NCBI GenBank assembly: GCA_964057225.1
Contig: OZ059900.1
Span: 24,924,001-24,988,000 of the forward strand
DNA from: Auanema rhodensis
Taxonomy: Eukaryota > Animalia > Nematoda
Length of the DNA stretch: 64,000 bases
Reading direction: 5' to 3'
Part shown: in pieces, positions 24,289-38,100 of the stretch
Numbering within the stretch: position 1 is the first letter of the stretch
Layout of the letters: every line of letters starts with the position of its first letter
Notes under the pieces: generated by a model
The model's database searches: none
What the model was told of the DNA's origin: nothing
The model's input: only the letters and a program-made list of their open reading frames with translations
Program-made: the position numbers and the translations under genes

Positions 24289-27200
24289 GCTAGGTTTCAT
24301 TGACATTGCATGAGTTTGAACACATGAAATCGTAAGTCAAAACCTTATTTACAGCGAAATTTCCAAAAACTGGTTTTCCAGCATAATAAAATATTTCTCA
24401 TGGGAAATACTTTGTTTTTGTATTTTTCTAGTGTTCAGCATGTAAAATGCTTCATTTTAGTATGTAACACGCTGAAATTCGTTGCATTTGACGACTCATA
24501 TGAACAAAAATCGATTTAATCAATATTAGCCATAAGGGGCGTGCCCTCAGAATATGCTAATTTCCTTAATTTTTTAACCACTGTTTTTTTGTCGTGAAAG
24601 TGGAACTAGACGTTGTACGAACAATTTTGAGCTAGGTTTCATTGACATTGCATGAGTTTGAACACATGAAATCGTAAGTCAAAACCTTATTTACAGCGAA
24701 ATTTCCAAAAACTGGTTTTCCAGCATAATAAAATATTTCTCATGGGAAATACTTTGTTTTTGTATTTTTCTAGTGTTCAGCATGTAAAATGCTTCATTTT
24801 AGTATGTAACACGCTGAAATTCGTTGCATTTGACGACTCATATGAACAAAAATCGATTTAATCAATATTAGCCATAAGGGGCGTGCCCTCAGAATATGCT
24901 AATTTCCTTAATTTTTTAACCACTGTTTTTTTGTCGTGAAAGTGGAACTAGACGTTGTACGAACAATTTTGAGCTAGGTTTCATTGACATTGCATGAGTT
25001 TGAACACATGAAATCGTAAGTCAAAACCTTGTTTACAGCGAAATTTCCAAAAACTGGTTTTCCAGCATAATAAAATATTTCTCATGGGAAATACTGTGTT
25101 TTTGTATTTTTCTAGTGTTCAGCATGTAAAATGGTTCATTTTAGTATGTAACACGCTGAAATTCGTTGCATTTGACGACTCATATGAACAAAAATCGATT
25201 TAATCAATATTAGCCATAAGGGGCGTGCCCTCAGAATATGCTAATTTCCTTAATTTTCTAACCCCTGTTTTTTGTCGTGAAAGTGGAACTAGACGTTGTA
25301 CGAACAATTTTGAGCTAGGTTTCATTGACATTGCATGAGTTTGAACACATGAAATCGTAAGTCAAAGCCTTGTTTACAGCGAAATTTCCAAAAACTGGTT
25401 TTCCAGCATAATAAAATATTTCTCATGGGAAATACTGTGTTTTTGTATTTTTCTAGTGTTCAGCATGTAAAATGGTTCATTTTAGTGTATGTAACACGCT
25501 GAAATTCGTTGCATTTGACGACTCATATGAACAAAAATCGATTTAATCAATATTAGCCATAAGGGGCGTGCCCTCAGAATATGCTAATTTCCTTAATTTT
25601 CTAACCCCTGTTTTTTTGTCGTGAAAGTGGAACTAGACGTTGTACGAACAATTTTGAGCTAGGTTTCATTGACATTGCATGAGTTTGAACACATGAAATC
25701 GTAAGTCAAAACCTTGTTTACAGCGAAATTTCCAAAAACTGGTTTTCCAGCATAATAAAATATTTCTCATGGGAAATACTGTGTTTTTGTATTTTTCTAG
25801 TGTTCAGCATGTAAAATGGTTCATTTTAGTGTATGTAACACGCTGAAATTCGTTGCATTTGACGACTCATATGAACAAAAATCGATTTAATCAATATTAG
25901 CCATAAGGGGCGTGCCCTCAGAATATGCTAATTTCCTTAATTTTCTAACCCCTGTTTTTTTGTCGTGAAAGTGGAACTAGACGTTGTACGAACAATTTTG
26001 AGCTAGGTTTCATTGACATTGCATGAGTTTGAACACATGAAATCGTAAGTCAAAACCTTATTTACAGCGAAATTTCCAAAAACTGGTTTTCCAGCATAAT
26101 AAAATATTTCTCATGGGAAATACTTTGTTTTTGTATTTTTCTAGTGTTCAGCATGTAAAATGCTTCATTTTAGTATGTAACACGCTGAAATTCGTTGCAT
26201 TTGACGACTCATATGAACAAAAATCGATTTAATCAATATTAGCCATAAGGGGCGTGCCCTCAGAATATGCTAATTTCCTTAATTTTTTAACCCCTGTTTT
26301 TTTGTCGTGAAAGTGGAACTAGACGTTGTACGAACAATTTTGAGCTAGGTTTCATTGACATTGCATGAGTTTGAACACATGAAATCGTAAGTCAAAACCT
26401 AGTTTACAGCGAAATTTCCAAAAACTGGTTTTCCAACATAATAAAATATTTCTCATGGGAAATACTGTGTTTTTGTATTTTTCTAGTGTTCAGCATGTAA
26501 AATGATTCATTTTAGTATGTAACACGCTGAAATTCGTTGCATTTGACGACTCATATGAACAAAAATCGATTTAATCAATATTAGCCATAAGGGGCGTGCC
26601 CTCAGAATATGCTAATTTCCTTAATTTTCTAACCCCTGTTTTTTTGTCGTGAAAGTGGAACTAGACGTTGTACGAACAATTTTGAGCTAGGTTTCATTGA
26701 CATTGCATGAGTTTGAACACATGAAATCGTAAGTCAAAACCTAGTTTACAGCGAAATTTCCAAAAACTGGTTTTCCAGCATAATAAAATATTTCTCATGG
26801 GAAATACTGTGTTTTTGTATTTTTCTAGTGTTCCGCATGTAAAATGATTCATTTTAGTATGTAACACGCTGAAATTCGTTGCATTTGACGACTCATATGA
26901 ACAAAAATCGATTTAATCAATATTAGCCATAAGGGGCGTGCCCTCAGAATATGCTAATTTCCTTAATTTTCTAACCCCTGTTTTTCTGTCGTGAAAGTGG
27001 AACTAGACGTTGTACGAACAATTTTGAGCTAGGTTTCATTGACATTGCATGAGTTTGAACTCATGAAATCGTAAGTCAAAACCTTGTTTACAGCGAAATT
27101 TCCAAAAACTGGTTTTCCAGCATAATAAAATATTTCTCATGGGAAATACTACGTTTTTGTATTTTTCTAGTGTTCAGCATGTAAAATGCGTCATTTTAGT

Positions 27201-27369
27201 ATGTAAAACGCTGAAATTCGTTGCATTTGACGACTCATATGAACAAAAATCGATTTTATCAATATTAGCCATAAGGGGCGTGCCCTCAGAATATGCTAAT
27301 TTCCTTAATTTTCTAACCCCTGTTTTTTTGTCGTGAAAGTGGAACTAGACGTTGTACGAACAATTTTGA

Positions 27370-30107
27370 GCTAGGTTTCATTGACATTGCATGAGTTTGA
27401 ACACATGAAATCGTAAGTCAAAACCTTGTTTACAGCGAAATTTCCAAAAACTGGTTTTCCAGCATAATAAAATATTTCTCATGGGAAAAACAGTGTTTTT
27501 GTATTTTTTTAGTGTTCAGCATGTAAAATGCGTCATTTTAGTATGTAAAACGCTGAAATTCGTTGCATTTGACGACTCATATGAACAAAAATCGATTTTA
27601 TCAATATTAGCCATAAGGGGCGTGCCCTCAGAATATGCTAATTTCCTTAATTTTCTAACCCCTGTTTTTTTGTCGTGAAAGTGGAACTAGACGTTGTACG
27701 AACAATTTTGAGCTAGGTTTCATTGACATTGCATGAGTTTGAACACATGAAATCGTAAGTCAAAACCTTGTTTACAGCGAAATTTCCAAAAACTGGTTTT
27801 CCAGCATAATAAAATATTTCTCATGGGAAATACTGTGTTTTTGTATTTTTCTAGTGTTCAGCATGTAAAATGCTTCATTTTAGTATGTAACACGCTGAAA
27901 TTCGTTGCATTTGACGACTCATATGAACAAAAATCGATTTAATCAATATTAGCCATAAGGGGCGTGCCCTCCGAATATGCTAATTTCCTCAATTTTCTAA
28001 CCCCTGTTTTTTTGTCGTGAAAGTGGAACTTGACGTTGTACGAACAATTTTGAGCTAGGTTTCATTGACATTGCATGAGTTTGAACACATGAAATCGTAA
28101 GTCAAAACCTTGTTTACAGCGAAATTTCCAAAAACTGGTTTTCCAGCATAATAAAATATTTCTCATGGGAAATACTGTGTTTTTGTATTTTTTTCAGTGT
28201 TCAGCATGTAAAATGCGTCATTTTAGTATGTAAAACGCTGAAATTCGTTGCATTTGACGACTCATATGAACAAAAATCGATTTAATCAATATTAGCCATA
28301 AGGGGCGTGCCCTCAGAATATGCTAATTTCCTTAATTTTCTAACCCCTGTTTTTTTGTCGTGAAAGTGGAACTAGACGTTGTACGAACAATTTTGAGCTA
28401 GGTTTCATTAACATTGCATGAGTTTGAACACATGAAATCGTAAGTCAAAACCTTGTTTACAGCGAAATTTCCAAAAACTGGTTTTCCAGCATAATAAAAT
28501 ATTTCTCATGGGAAATACTGTGTTTTTGTATTTTTCTAGTGTTCAGCATGTAAAAGGCTTCATTTTAGTATGTAACACGCTGAAATTCGTTGCATTTGAC
28601 GACTCATATGAACAAAAATCGATTTAATCAATATTAGCCATAAGGGGCGTGCCCTCAGAATATGCTAATTTCCTTAATTTTCTAACCCCTGTTTTTTTGT
28701 CGTGAAAGTGGAACTAGACGTTGTACGAACAATTTTGAGCTAGGTTTCATTGACATTGCATGAGTTTGAACACATGAAATCGTAAGTCAAAACCTTGTTT
28801 ACAGCGAAATTTCCAAAAACTGGTTTTCCAGCATAATAAAATATTTCTCATGGGAAAAACAGTGTTTTTGTATTTTTTTAGTGTTCAGCATGTAAAATGC
28901 GTCATTTTAGTATGTAAAACGCTGAAATTCGTTGCATTTGACGACTCATATGAACAAAAATCGATTTTATCAATATTAGCCATAAGGGGCGTGCCCTCAG
29001 AATATGCTAATTTCCTTAATTTTCTAACCCCTGTTTTTTTGTCGTGAAAGTGGAACTAGACGTTGTACGAACAATTTTGAGCTAGGTTTCATTGACATTG
29101 CATGAGTTTGAACACATGAAATCGTAAGTCAAAACCTTGTTTACAGCGAAATTTCCAAAAACTGGTTTTCCAGCATAATAAAATATTTCTCATGGGAAAT
29201 ACTGTGTTTTTGTATTTTTCTAGTGTTCAGCATGTAAAATGCTTCATTTTAGTATGTAACACGCTGAAATTCGTTGCATTTGACGACTCATATGAACAAA
29301 AATCGATTTAATCAATATTAGCCATAAGGGGCGTGCCCTCCGAATATGCTAATTTCCTCAATTTTCTAACCCCTGTTTTTTTGTCGTGAAAGTGGAACTT
29401 GACGTTGTACGAACAATTTTGAGCTAGTTTTCATTGACATTGCATGAGTTTGAACACATGAAATCGTAAGTCAAAACCTTGTTTACAGCGAAATTTCCAA
29501 AAACTGGTTTTCCAGCATAATAAAATATTTCTCATGGGAAATACTGTGTTTTTGTATTTTTTTCAGTGTTCAGCATGTAAAATGCGTCATTTTAGTATGT
29601 AAAACGCTGAAATTCGTTGCATTTGACGACTCATATGAACAAAAATCGATTTTATCAATATTAGCCATAAGGGGCGTGCCCTCAGAATATGCTAATTTCC
29701 TTAATTTTCTAACCCCTGTTTTTTTGTCGTGAAAGTGGAACTAGACGTTGTACGAACAATTTTGAGCTAGGTTTCATTGACATTGCATGAGTTTGAACAC
29801 ATGAAATCGTTAGTCAAAACCTTGTTTACAGCGAAATTTCCAAAAACTGGTTTTCCAGCATAATAAAATATTTCTCATGGGAAATACAGTGTTTTTGTAT
29901 TTTTTTAGTGTTCAGCATGTAAAATGCGTCATTTTAGTATGTAAAACGCTGAAATTCGTTGCATTTGACGACTCATATGAACAAAAATCGATTTAATCAA
30001 TATTAGCCATAAGGGGCGTGCCCTCAGAATATGCTAATTTCCTTAATTTTCTAACCCCTGTTTTTTTGTCGTGAAAGTGGAACTAGACGTTGTACGAACA
30101 ATTTTGA
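27370..30107 (+). repeat. 4-mer periodicity (M81-83 repeated as M85-87, 1369-bp offset)
   Basis: A GGAAAAACAG monomer, a CTCCGAA/CTCAATT/ACTTGAC monomer and a +1 T TTTTTTTCAG monomer recur in the same order. The fourth monomers (M84, M88) differ. Confidence 0.8.
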
Positions 30108-32158
30108 GCTAGGTTTCATTGACATTGCATGAGTTTGAACACATGAAATCGTAAGTCAAAACCTTGTTTACAGCGAAATTTCCAAAAACTGGTTTTCCAG
30201 CATAATAAAATATTTCTCATGGGAAAAACAGTGTTTTTGTATTTTTTTAGTGTTCAGCATGTAAAATGCGTCATTTTAGTATGTAAAACGCTGAAATTCG
30301 TTGCATTTGACGACTCATATGAACAAAAATCGATTTTATCAATATTAGCCATAAGGGGCGTGCCTTCAGAATATGCTAATTTCCTTAATTTTCTAACCCC
30401 TGTTTTTTTGTCGTGAAAGTGGAACTAGACGTTGTACGAACAATTTTGAGCTAGGTTTCATTGACATTGCATGAGTTTGAACACATGAAATCGTAAGTCA
30501 AAACCTTGTTTACAGCGAAATTTCCAAAAACTGGTTTTCCAGCATAATAAAATATTTCTCATGGGAAATACAGTGTTTTTGTATTTTTTTAGTGTTCAGC
30601 ATGTAAAATGCGTCATATTAGTATGTAAAACGCTGAAATTCGTTGCATTTGACGACTCATATGAACAAAAATCGATTTAATCAATATTAGCCATAAGGGG
30701 CGTGCCCTCAGAATATGCTAATTTCCTTAATTTTCTAACCCCTGTTTTTTTGTCGTGAAAGTGGAACTAGACGTTGTACGAACAATTTTGAGCTAGGTTT
30801 CATTGACATTGCATGAGTTTGAACACATGAAATCGTAAGTCAAAACCTTGTTTACAGCGAAATTTCCAAAAACTGGTTTTCCAGCATAGTAAAATATTTC
30901 TCAAGGGAAAAACTGTGTTTTTATATTTTTCTAGTGTTCAGCATGTAAAATGCTTCATTTTGATATGTAAAACGCTGAAATTCGTTGCATTTGACGACTC
31001 ATATGAACAAAAATCGATTTTATCAATATTAGCCATAAGGGGCGTGCCCTCAGAATATGCTAATTTCCTTAATTTTCTAACCCCTGTTTTTTTGTCGTGA
31101 AAGTGGAACTAGACGTTGTACGAACAATTTTGAGCTAGGTTTCATTGACATTGCATGAGTTTGAACACATGAAATCGTAAGTCAAAACCTTGTTTACAGC
31201 GAAATTTCCAAAAACTGGTTTTCCAGCATAGTAAAATATTTCTCAAGGGAAAAACTGTGTTTTTATATTTTTCTAGTGTTCAGCATGTAAAATGCTCATT
31301 TTGATATGTAAAACGCTGAAATTCGTTGCATTTGACGACTCATATGAACAAAAATCGATTTTATCAATATTAGCCATAAGGGGCGTGCCCTCAGAATATG
31401 CTAATTTCCTTAATTTTCTAACCCCTGTTTTTTTGTCGTGAAAGTGGAACTAGACGTTGTACGAACAATTTTGAGCTAGGTTTCATTGACATTGCATGAG
31501 TTTGAACACATGAAATCGTAAGTCAAAACCTTGTTTACAGCGAAATTTCCAAAAACTGGTTTTCCAGCATAATAAAATATTTCTCATGGGAAATACAGTG
31601 TTTTTGTATTTTTTTAGTGTTCAGCATGTAAAATGCGTCATTTTAGTATGTAAAACGCTGAAATTCGTTGCATTTGACGACTCATATGAACAAAAATCGA
31701 TTTAATCAATATTAGCCATAAGGGGCGTGCCCTCAGAATATGCTAATTTCCTTAATTTTCTAACCCCTGTTTTTTTGTCGTGAAAGTGGAACTAGACGTT
31801 GTACGAACAATTTTGAGCTAGGTTTCATTGACATTGCATGAGTTTTAACACATGAAATCGTAAGTCAAAACCTTGTTTACAGCGAAATTTCCAAAAACTG
31901 GTTTTCCAGCATAATAAAATATTTCTCATGGGAAATACAGTGTTTTTGTATTTTTCTAGTGTTCTTCATGTAAAATGCTTCATTTTAGTATGTAACACGC
32001 TGAAATTCGTTGCATTTGACGACTCATATGAACAAAAATCGATTTTATCAATATTAGCCATAAGGGGCGTGCCCTCAGAATATGCTAATTTCCTTAATTT
32101 TCTAACCCCTGTTTTTTTGTCGTGAAAGTGGAACTAGACGTTGTACGAACAATTTTGA

Positions 32159-35100
32159 GCTAGGTTTCATTGACATTGCATGAGTTTGAAAAAATGAAAT
32201 CGTAAGTCAAAACCTTGTTTACAGCGAAATTTCCAAAAACTGGTTTTCCAGCATAATAAAATATTTCTCAAGGGAAAAACTGTGTTTTTATATTTTTCTA
32301 GTGTTCAGCATGTAAAATGCTTCATTTTAGTATGTAACACGCTGAAATTCCTTGCATTTGACGACTCATATGAACAAAAATCGATTTAATCAATATTAGC
32401 CATAAGGGGCGGGCCCTCAGAATATGCTAATTTCCTTAATTTTCTAACCCCTGTTTTTTTGTCGTGAAAGTGGAACTAGACGGTGTACGAACAATTTTGA
32501 GCTAGGTTTCATTGACATTGCATGAGTTTGAACACATGAAATCGTAAGTCAAAACCTTGTTTACAGCGAAATTTCCAAAAACTGGTTTTCCAGCATAATA
32601 CAATATTTCTCATGGGAAATACTGTGTTTTTATATTTTTCTAGTGTTCAGCATGTAAAATGCTTCATTTTAGTATGTAACACGGTGAAATTCGTTGCATT
32701 TGACGACTCATATGAACAAAAATCGATTTTATCAATATTAGCCATAAGGGGCGTGCCCTCAGAATATGCTAATTTCCTTAATTTTCTAACCCCTGTTTTT
32801 TTGTCGTGAAAGTGGAACTAGACGTTGTACGAACAGTTTTGAGCTAGGTTTCATTGACATTGCATGAGTTTGAACACATGAAATCGTAAGTCAAAACCTT
32901 GTTTACAGCGAAATTTCCAAAAACTGGTTTTCCAGCATAGTAAAATATTTCTCAAGGGAAAAACTGTGTTTTTATATTTTTCTAGTGTTCAGCATGTAAA
33001 ATGCTTCATTTTGATATGTAAAACGCTGCAATTCGTTGCATTTGACGACTCATATGAACAAAAATCGATTTTATCAATATTAGCCATAAGGGGCGTGCCC
33101 TCAGAATATGCTAATTTCCTTAATTTTCTAACCCCTGTTTTTTTGTCGTGAAAGTGGAACTAGACGTTGTACGAACAATTTTGAGCTAGGTTTCATTGAC
33201 ATTGCATGAGTTTGAACACATGAAATCGTAAGTCAAAACCTTGTTTACAGCGAAATTTCCAAAAACTGGTTTTCCAGCATAGTAAAATATTTCTCAAGGG
33301 AAAAACTGTGTTTTTATATTTTTCTAGTGTTCAGCATGTAAAATGCTTCATTTTGATATGTAAAACGCTGAAATTCGTTGCATTTGACGACTCATATGAA
33401 CAAAAATCGATTTTATCAATATTAGCCATAAGGGGCGTGCCCTCAGAATATGCTAATTTCCTTAATTTTCTAACCCCTGTTTTTTTGTCGTGAAAGTGGA
33501 ACTAGACGTTGTACGAACAATTTTGAGCTAGGTTTCATTGACATTGCATGAGTTTGAACACATGAAATCGTAAGTCAAAACCTTGTTTACAGCGAAATTT
33601 CCAAAAACTGGTTTTCCAGCATAATAAAATATTTCTCATGGGAAATACTGTGTTTTTGTATTTTTCTAGTGTTCAGCATGTAAAATGCTTCATTTTAGTA
33701 TGTAACACGCTGAAATTCGTTGCATTTGACGACTCATATGAACAAAAATCGATTTAATCAATATTAGCCATAAGGGGCGTGCCCTCAGAATATGCTAATT
33801 TCCTTAATTTTCTAACCCCTGTTTTTTTGTCGTGAAAGTGGAACTAGACGTTGTACGAACAATTTTGAGCTAGGTTTCATTGACATTGCATGAGTTTGAA
33901 CACATGAAATCGTAAGTCAAAACCTTGTTTACAGCGAAATTTCCAAAAACTGGTTTTCCAGCATAATAAAATATTTCTCATGGGAAATACTGTGTTTTTG
34001 TATTTTTTTAGTGTTCAGCATGTAAAATGCGTCATTTTAGTATGTAAAACGCTGAAATTCGTTGCATTTGACGACTCATATGAACAAAAATCGATTTTAT
34101 CAATATTAGCCATAAGGGGCGTGCCCTCAGAATATGCTAATTTCCTTAATTTTCTAACCCCTGTTTTTTTGTCGTGAAAGTGGAACTAGACGTTGTACGA
34201 ACAATTTTGAGCTAGGTTTCATTGACATTGCATGAGTTTGAACACATGAAATCGTAAGTCAAAACCTTGTTTACAGCGAAATTTCCAAAAACTGGTTTTC
34301 CAGCATAATAAAATATTTCTCATGGGAAATACTGTGTTTTTGTATTTTTTTAGTGTTCAGCATGTAAAATGCTTCATTTTAGTATGTAACACGCTGAAAT
34401 TCGTTGCATTTGACGACTCATATGAACAAAAATCGATTTTATCAATATTAGCCATAAGGGGCGTGCCCTCAGAATATGCTAATTTCCTTAATTTTCTAAC
34501 CCCTGTTTTTTTGTCGTGAAAGTGGAACTAGACGTTGTACGAACAATTTTGAGCTAGGTTTCATTGACATTGCATGAGTTTGAACACATGAAATCGTAAG
34601 TCAAAACCTTGTTTACAGCGAAATTTCCAAAAACTGGTTTTCCAGCATAATAAAATATTTCTCATGGGAAATACTGTGTTTTTGTATTTTTCTAGTGTTC
34701 AGCATGTAAAATGCTTCATTTTAGTATGTAACACGCTGAAATTCGTTGCATTTGACGACTCATATGAACAAAAATCGATTTAATCAATATTAGCCATAAG
34801 GGGCGTGCCCTCAGAATATGCTAATTTCCTTAATTTTCTAACCCCTGTTTTTTTGTCGTGAAAGTGGAACTAGACGTTGTACGAACAATTTTGAGCTAGG
34901 TTTCATTGACATTGCATGAGTTTGAACACATGAAATCGTAAGTCAAAACCTTGTTTACAGCGAAATTTCCAAAAACTGGTTTTCCAGCATAATAAAATAT
35001 TTCTCATGGGAAATACTGTGTTTTTGTATTTTTCTAGTGTTCAGCATGTAAAATGCTTCATTTTAGTATGTAACACGCTGAAATTCGTTGCATTTGACGA

Positions 35101-38100
35101 CTCATATGAACAAAAATCGATTTTATCAATATTAGCCATAAGGGGCGTGCCCTCAGAATATGCTAATTTCCTTAATTTTCTAACCCCTGTTTTTTTGTCG
35201 TGAAAGTGGAACTAGACGTTGTACGAACAATTTTGAGCTAGGTTTCATTGACATTGCATGAGTTTGAACACATGAAATCGTAAGTCAAAACCTTGTTTAC
35301 AGCGAAATTTCCAAAAACTGGTTTTCCAGCATAATAAAATATTTCTCATGGGAAATACTGTGTTTTTGTATTTTTCTAGTGTTCAGCATGTAAAATGCTT
35401 CATTTTAGTATGTAACACGCTGAAATTCGTTGCATTTGACGACTCATATGAACAAAAATCGATTTTATCAATATTAGCCATAAGGGGCGTGCCCTCAGAA
35501 TATGCTAATTTCCTTAATTTTCTAACCCCTGTTTTTTTGTCGTGAAAGTGGAACTAGACGTTGTACGAACAATTTTGAGCTAGGTTTCATTGACATTGCA
35601 TGAGTTTGAACACATGAAATCGTAAGTCAAAACCTTGTTTACAGCGAAATTTCCAAAAACTGGTTTTCCAGCATAATAAAATATTTCTCAAGGGAAAAAC
35701 TGTGTTTTTATATTTTTCTAGTGTTCAGCATGTAAAATGCTTCATTTTAGTATGTAACACGCTGAAATTCCTTGCATTTGACGACTCATATGAACAAAAA
35801 TCGATTTAATCAATATTAGCCATAAGGGGCGGGCCCTCAGAATATGCTAATTTCCTTAATTTTCTAACCCCTGTTTTTTTGTCGTGAAAGTGGAACTAGA
35901 CGGTGTACGAACAATTTTGAGCTAGGTTTCATTGACATTGCATGAGTTTGAACACATGAAATCGTAAGTCAAAACCTTGTTTACAGCGAAATTTCCAAAA
36001 ACTGGTTTTCCAGCATAATACAATATTTCTCATGGGAAATACTGTGTTTTTATATTTTTCTAGTGTTCAGCATGTAAAATGCTTCATTTTAGTATGTAAC
36101 ACGGTGAAATTCGTTGCATTTGACGACTCATATGAACAAAAATCGATTTTATCAATATTAGCCATAAGGGGCGTGCCCTCAGAATATGCTAATTTCCTTA
36201 ATTTTCTAACCCCTGTTTTTTTGTCGTGAAAGTGGAACTAGACGTTGTACGAACAGTTTTGAGCTAGGTTTCATTGACATTGCATGAGTTTGAACACATG
36301 AAATCGTAAGTCAAAACCTTGTTTACAGCGAAATTTCCAAAAACTGGTTTTCCAGCATAGTAAAATATTTCTCAAGGGAAAAACTGTGTTTTTATATTTT
36401 TCTAGTGTTCAGCATGTAAAATGCTTCATTTTGATATGTAAAACGCTGAAATTCGTTGCATTTGACGACTCATATGAACAAAAATCGATTTTATCAATAT
36501 TAGCCATAAGGGGCGTGCCCTCAGAATATGCTAATTTCCTTAATTTTCTAACCCCTGTTTTTTTGTCGTGAAAGTGGAACTAGACGTTGTACGAACAATT
36601 TTGAGCTAGGTTTCATTGACATTGCATGAGTTTGAACACATGAAATCGTAAGTCAAAACCTTGTTTACAGCGAAATTTCCAAAAACTGGTTTTCCAGCAT
36701 AGTAAAATATTTCTCAAGGGAAAAACTGTGTTTTTATATTTTTCTAGTGTTCAGCATGTAAAATGCTTCATTTTGATATGTAAAACGCTGAAATTCGTTG
36801 CATTTGACGACTCATATGAACAAAAATCGATTTTATCAATATTAGCCATAAGGGGCGTGCCCTCAGAATATGCTAATTTCCTTAATTTTCTAACCCCTGT
36901 TTTTTTGTCGTGAAAGTGGAACTAGACGTTGTACGAACAATTTTGAGCTAGGTTTCATTGACATTGCATGAGTTTGAACACATGAAATCGTAAGTCAAAA
37001 CCTTGTTTACAGCGAAATTTCCAAAAACTGGTTTTCCAGCATAATAAAATATTTCTCATGGGAAATACTGTGTTTTTGTATTTTTCTAGTGTTCAGCATG
37101 TAAAATGCTTCATTTTAGTATGTAACACGCTGAAATTCGTTGCATTTGACGACTCATATGAACAAAAATCGATTTAATCAATATTAGCCATAAGGGGCGT
37201 GCCCTCAGAATATGCTAATTTCCTTAATTTTCTAACCCCTGTTTTTTTGTCGTGAAAGTGGAACTAGACGTTGTACGAACAATTTTGAGCTAGGTTTCAT
37301 TGACATTGCATGAGTTTGAACACATGAAATCGTAAGTCAAAACCTTGTTTACAGCGAAATTTCCAAAAACTGGTTTTCCAGCATAATAAAATATTTCTCA
37401 TGGGAAATACTGTGTTTTTGTATTTTTTTAGTGTTCAGCATGTAAAATGCGTCATTTTAGTATGTAAAACGCTGAAATTCGTTGCATTTGACGACTCATA
37501 TGAACAAAAATCGATTTTATCAATATTAGCCATAAGGGGCGTGCCCTCAGAATATGCTAATTTCCTTAATTTTCTAACCCCTGTTTTTTTGTCGTGAAAG
37601 TGGAACTAGACGTTGTACGAACAATTTTGAGCTAGGTTTCATTGACATTGCATGAGTTTGAACACATGAAATCGTAAGTCAAAACCTTGTTTACAGCGAA
37701 ATTTCCAAAAACTGGTTTTCCAGCATAATAAAATATTTCTCATGGGAAATACTGTGTTTTTGTATTTTTCTAGTGTTCAGCATGTAAAATGCTTCATTTT
37801 AGTATGTAACACGCTGAAATTCGTTGCATTTGACGACTCATATGAACAAAAATCGATTTAATCAATATTAGCCATAAGGGGCGTGCCCTCAGAATATGCT
37901 AATTTCCTTAATTTTCTAACCCCTGTTTTTTCGTCGTGAAAGTGGAACTAGACGTTGTACGAACAATTTTGAGCTAGGTTTCATTGACATTGCATGAGTT
38001 TGAACACATGAAATCGTAAGTCAAAACCTTGTTTACAGCGAAATTTCCAAAAACTGGTTTTCCAGCATAATAAAATATTTCTCATGGGAAATACTGTGTT

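Larger units (their letters stand above)
1..27166 (+). repeat. Variant domain A of the satellite
   Basis: Variants seen only here: TG insertion (AGTGTATG; 10 monomers), CCTAGT, CCTTAT, TTAGAGC, ATACTTCATTTAAG, AACCACTG/GACCACTG, AACATATG, GCTAAGT, AATTCCC. The A230T variant is absent. Confidence 0.85.
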
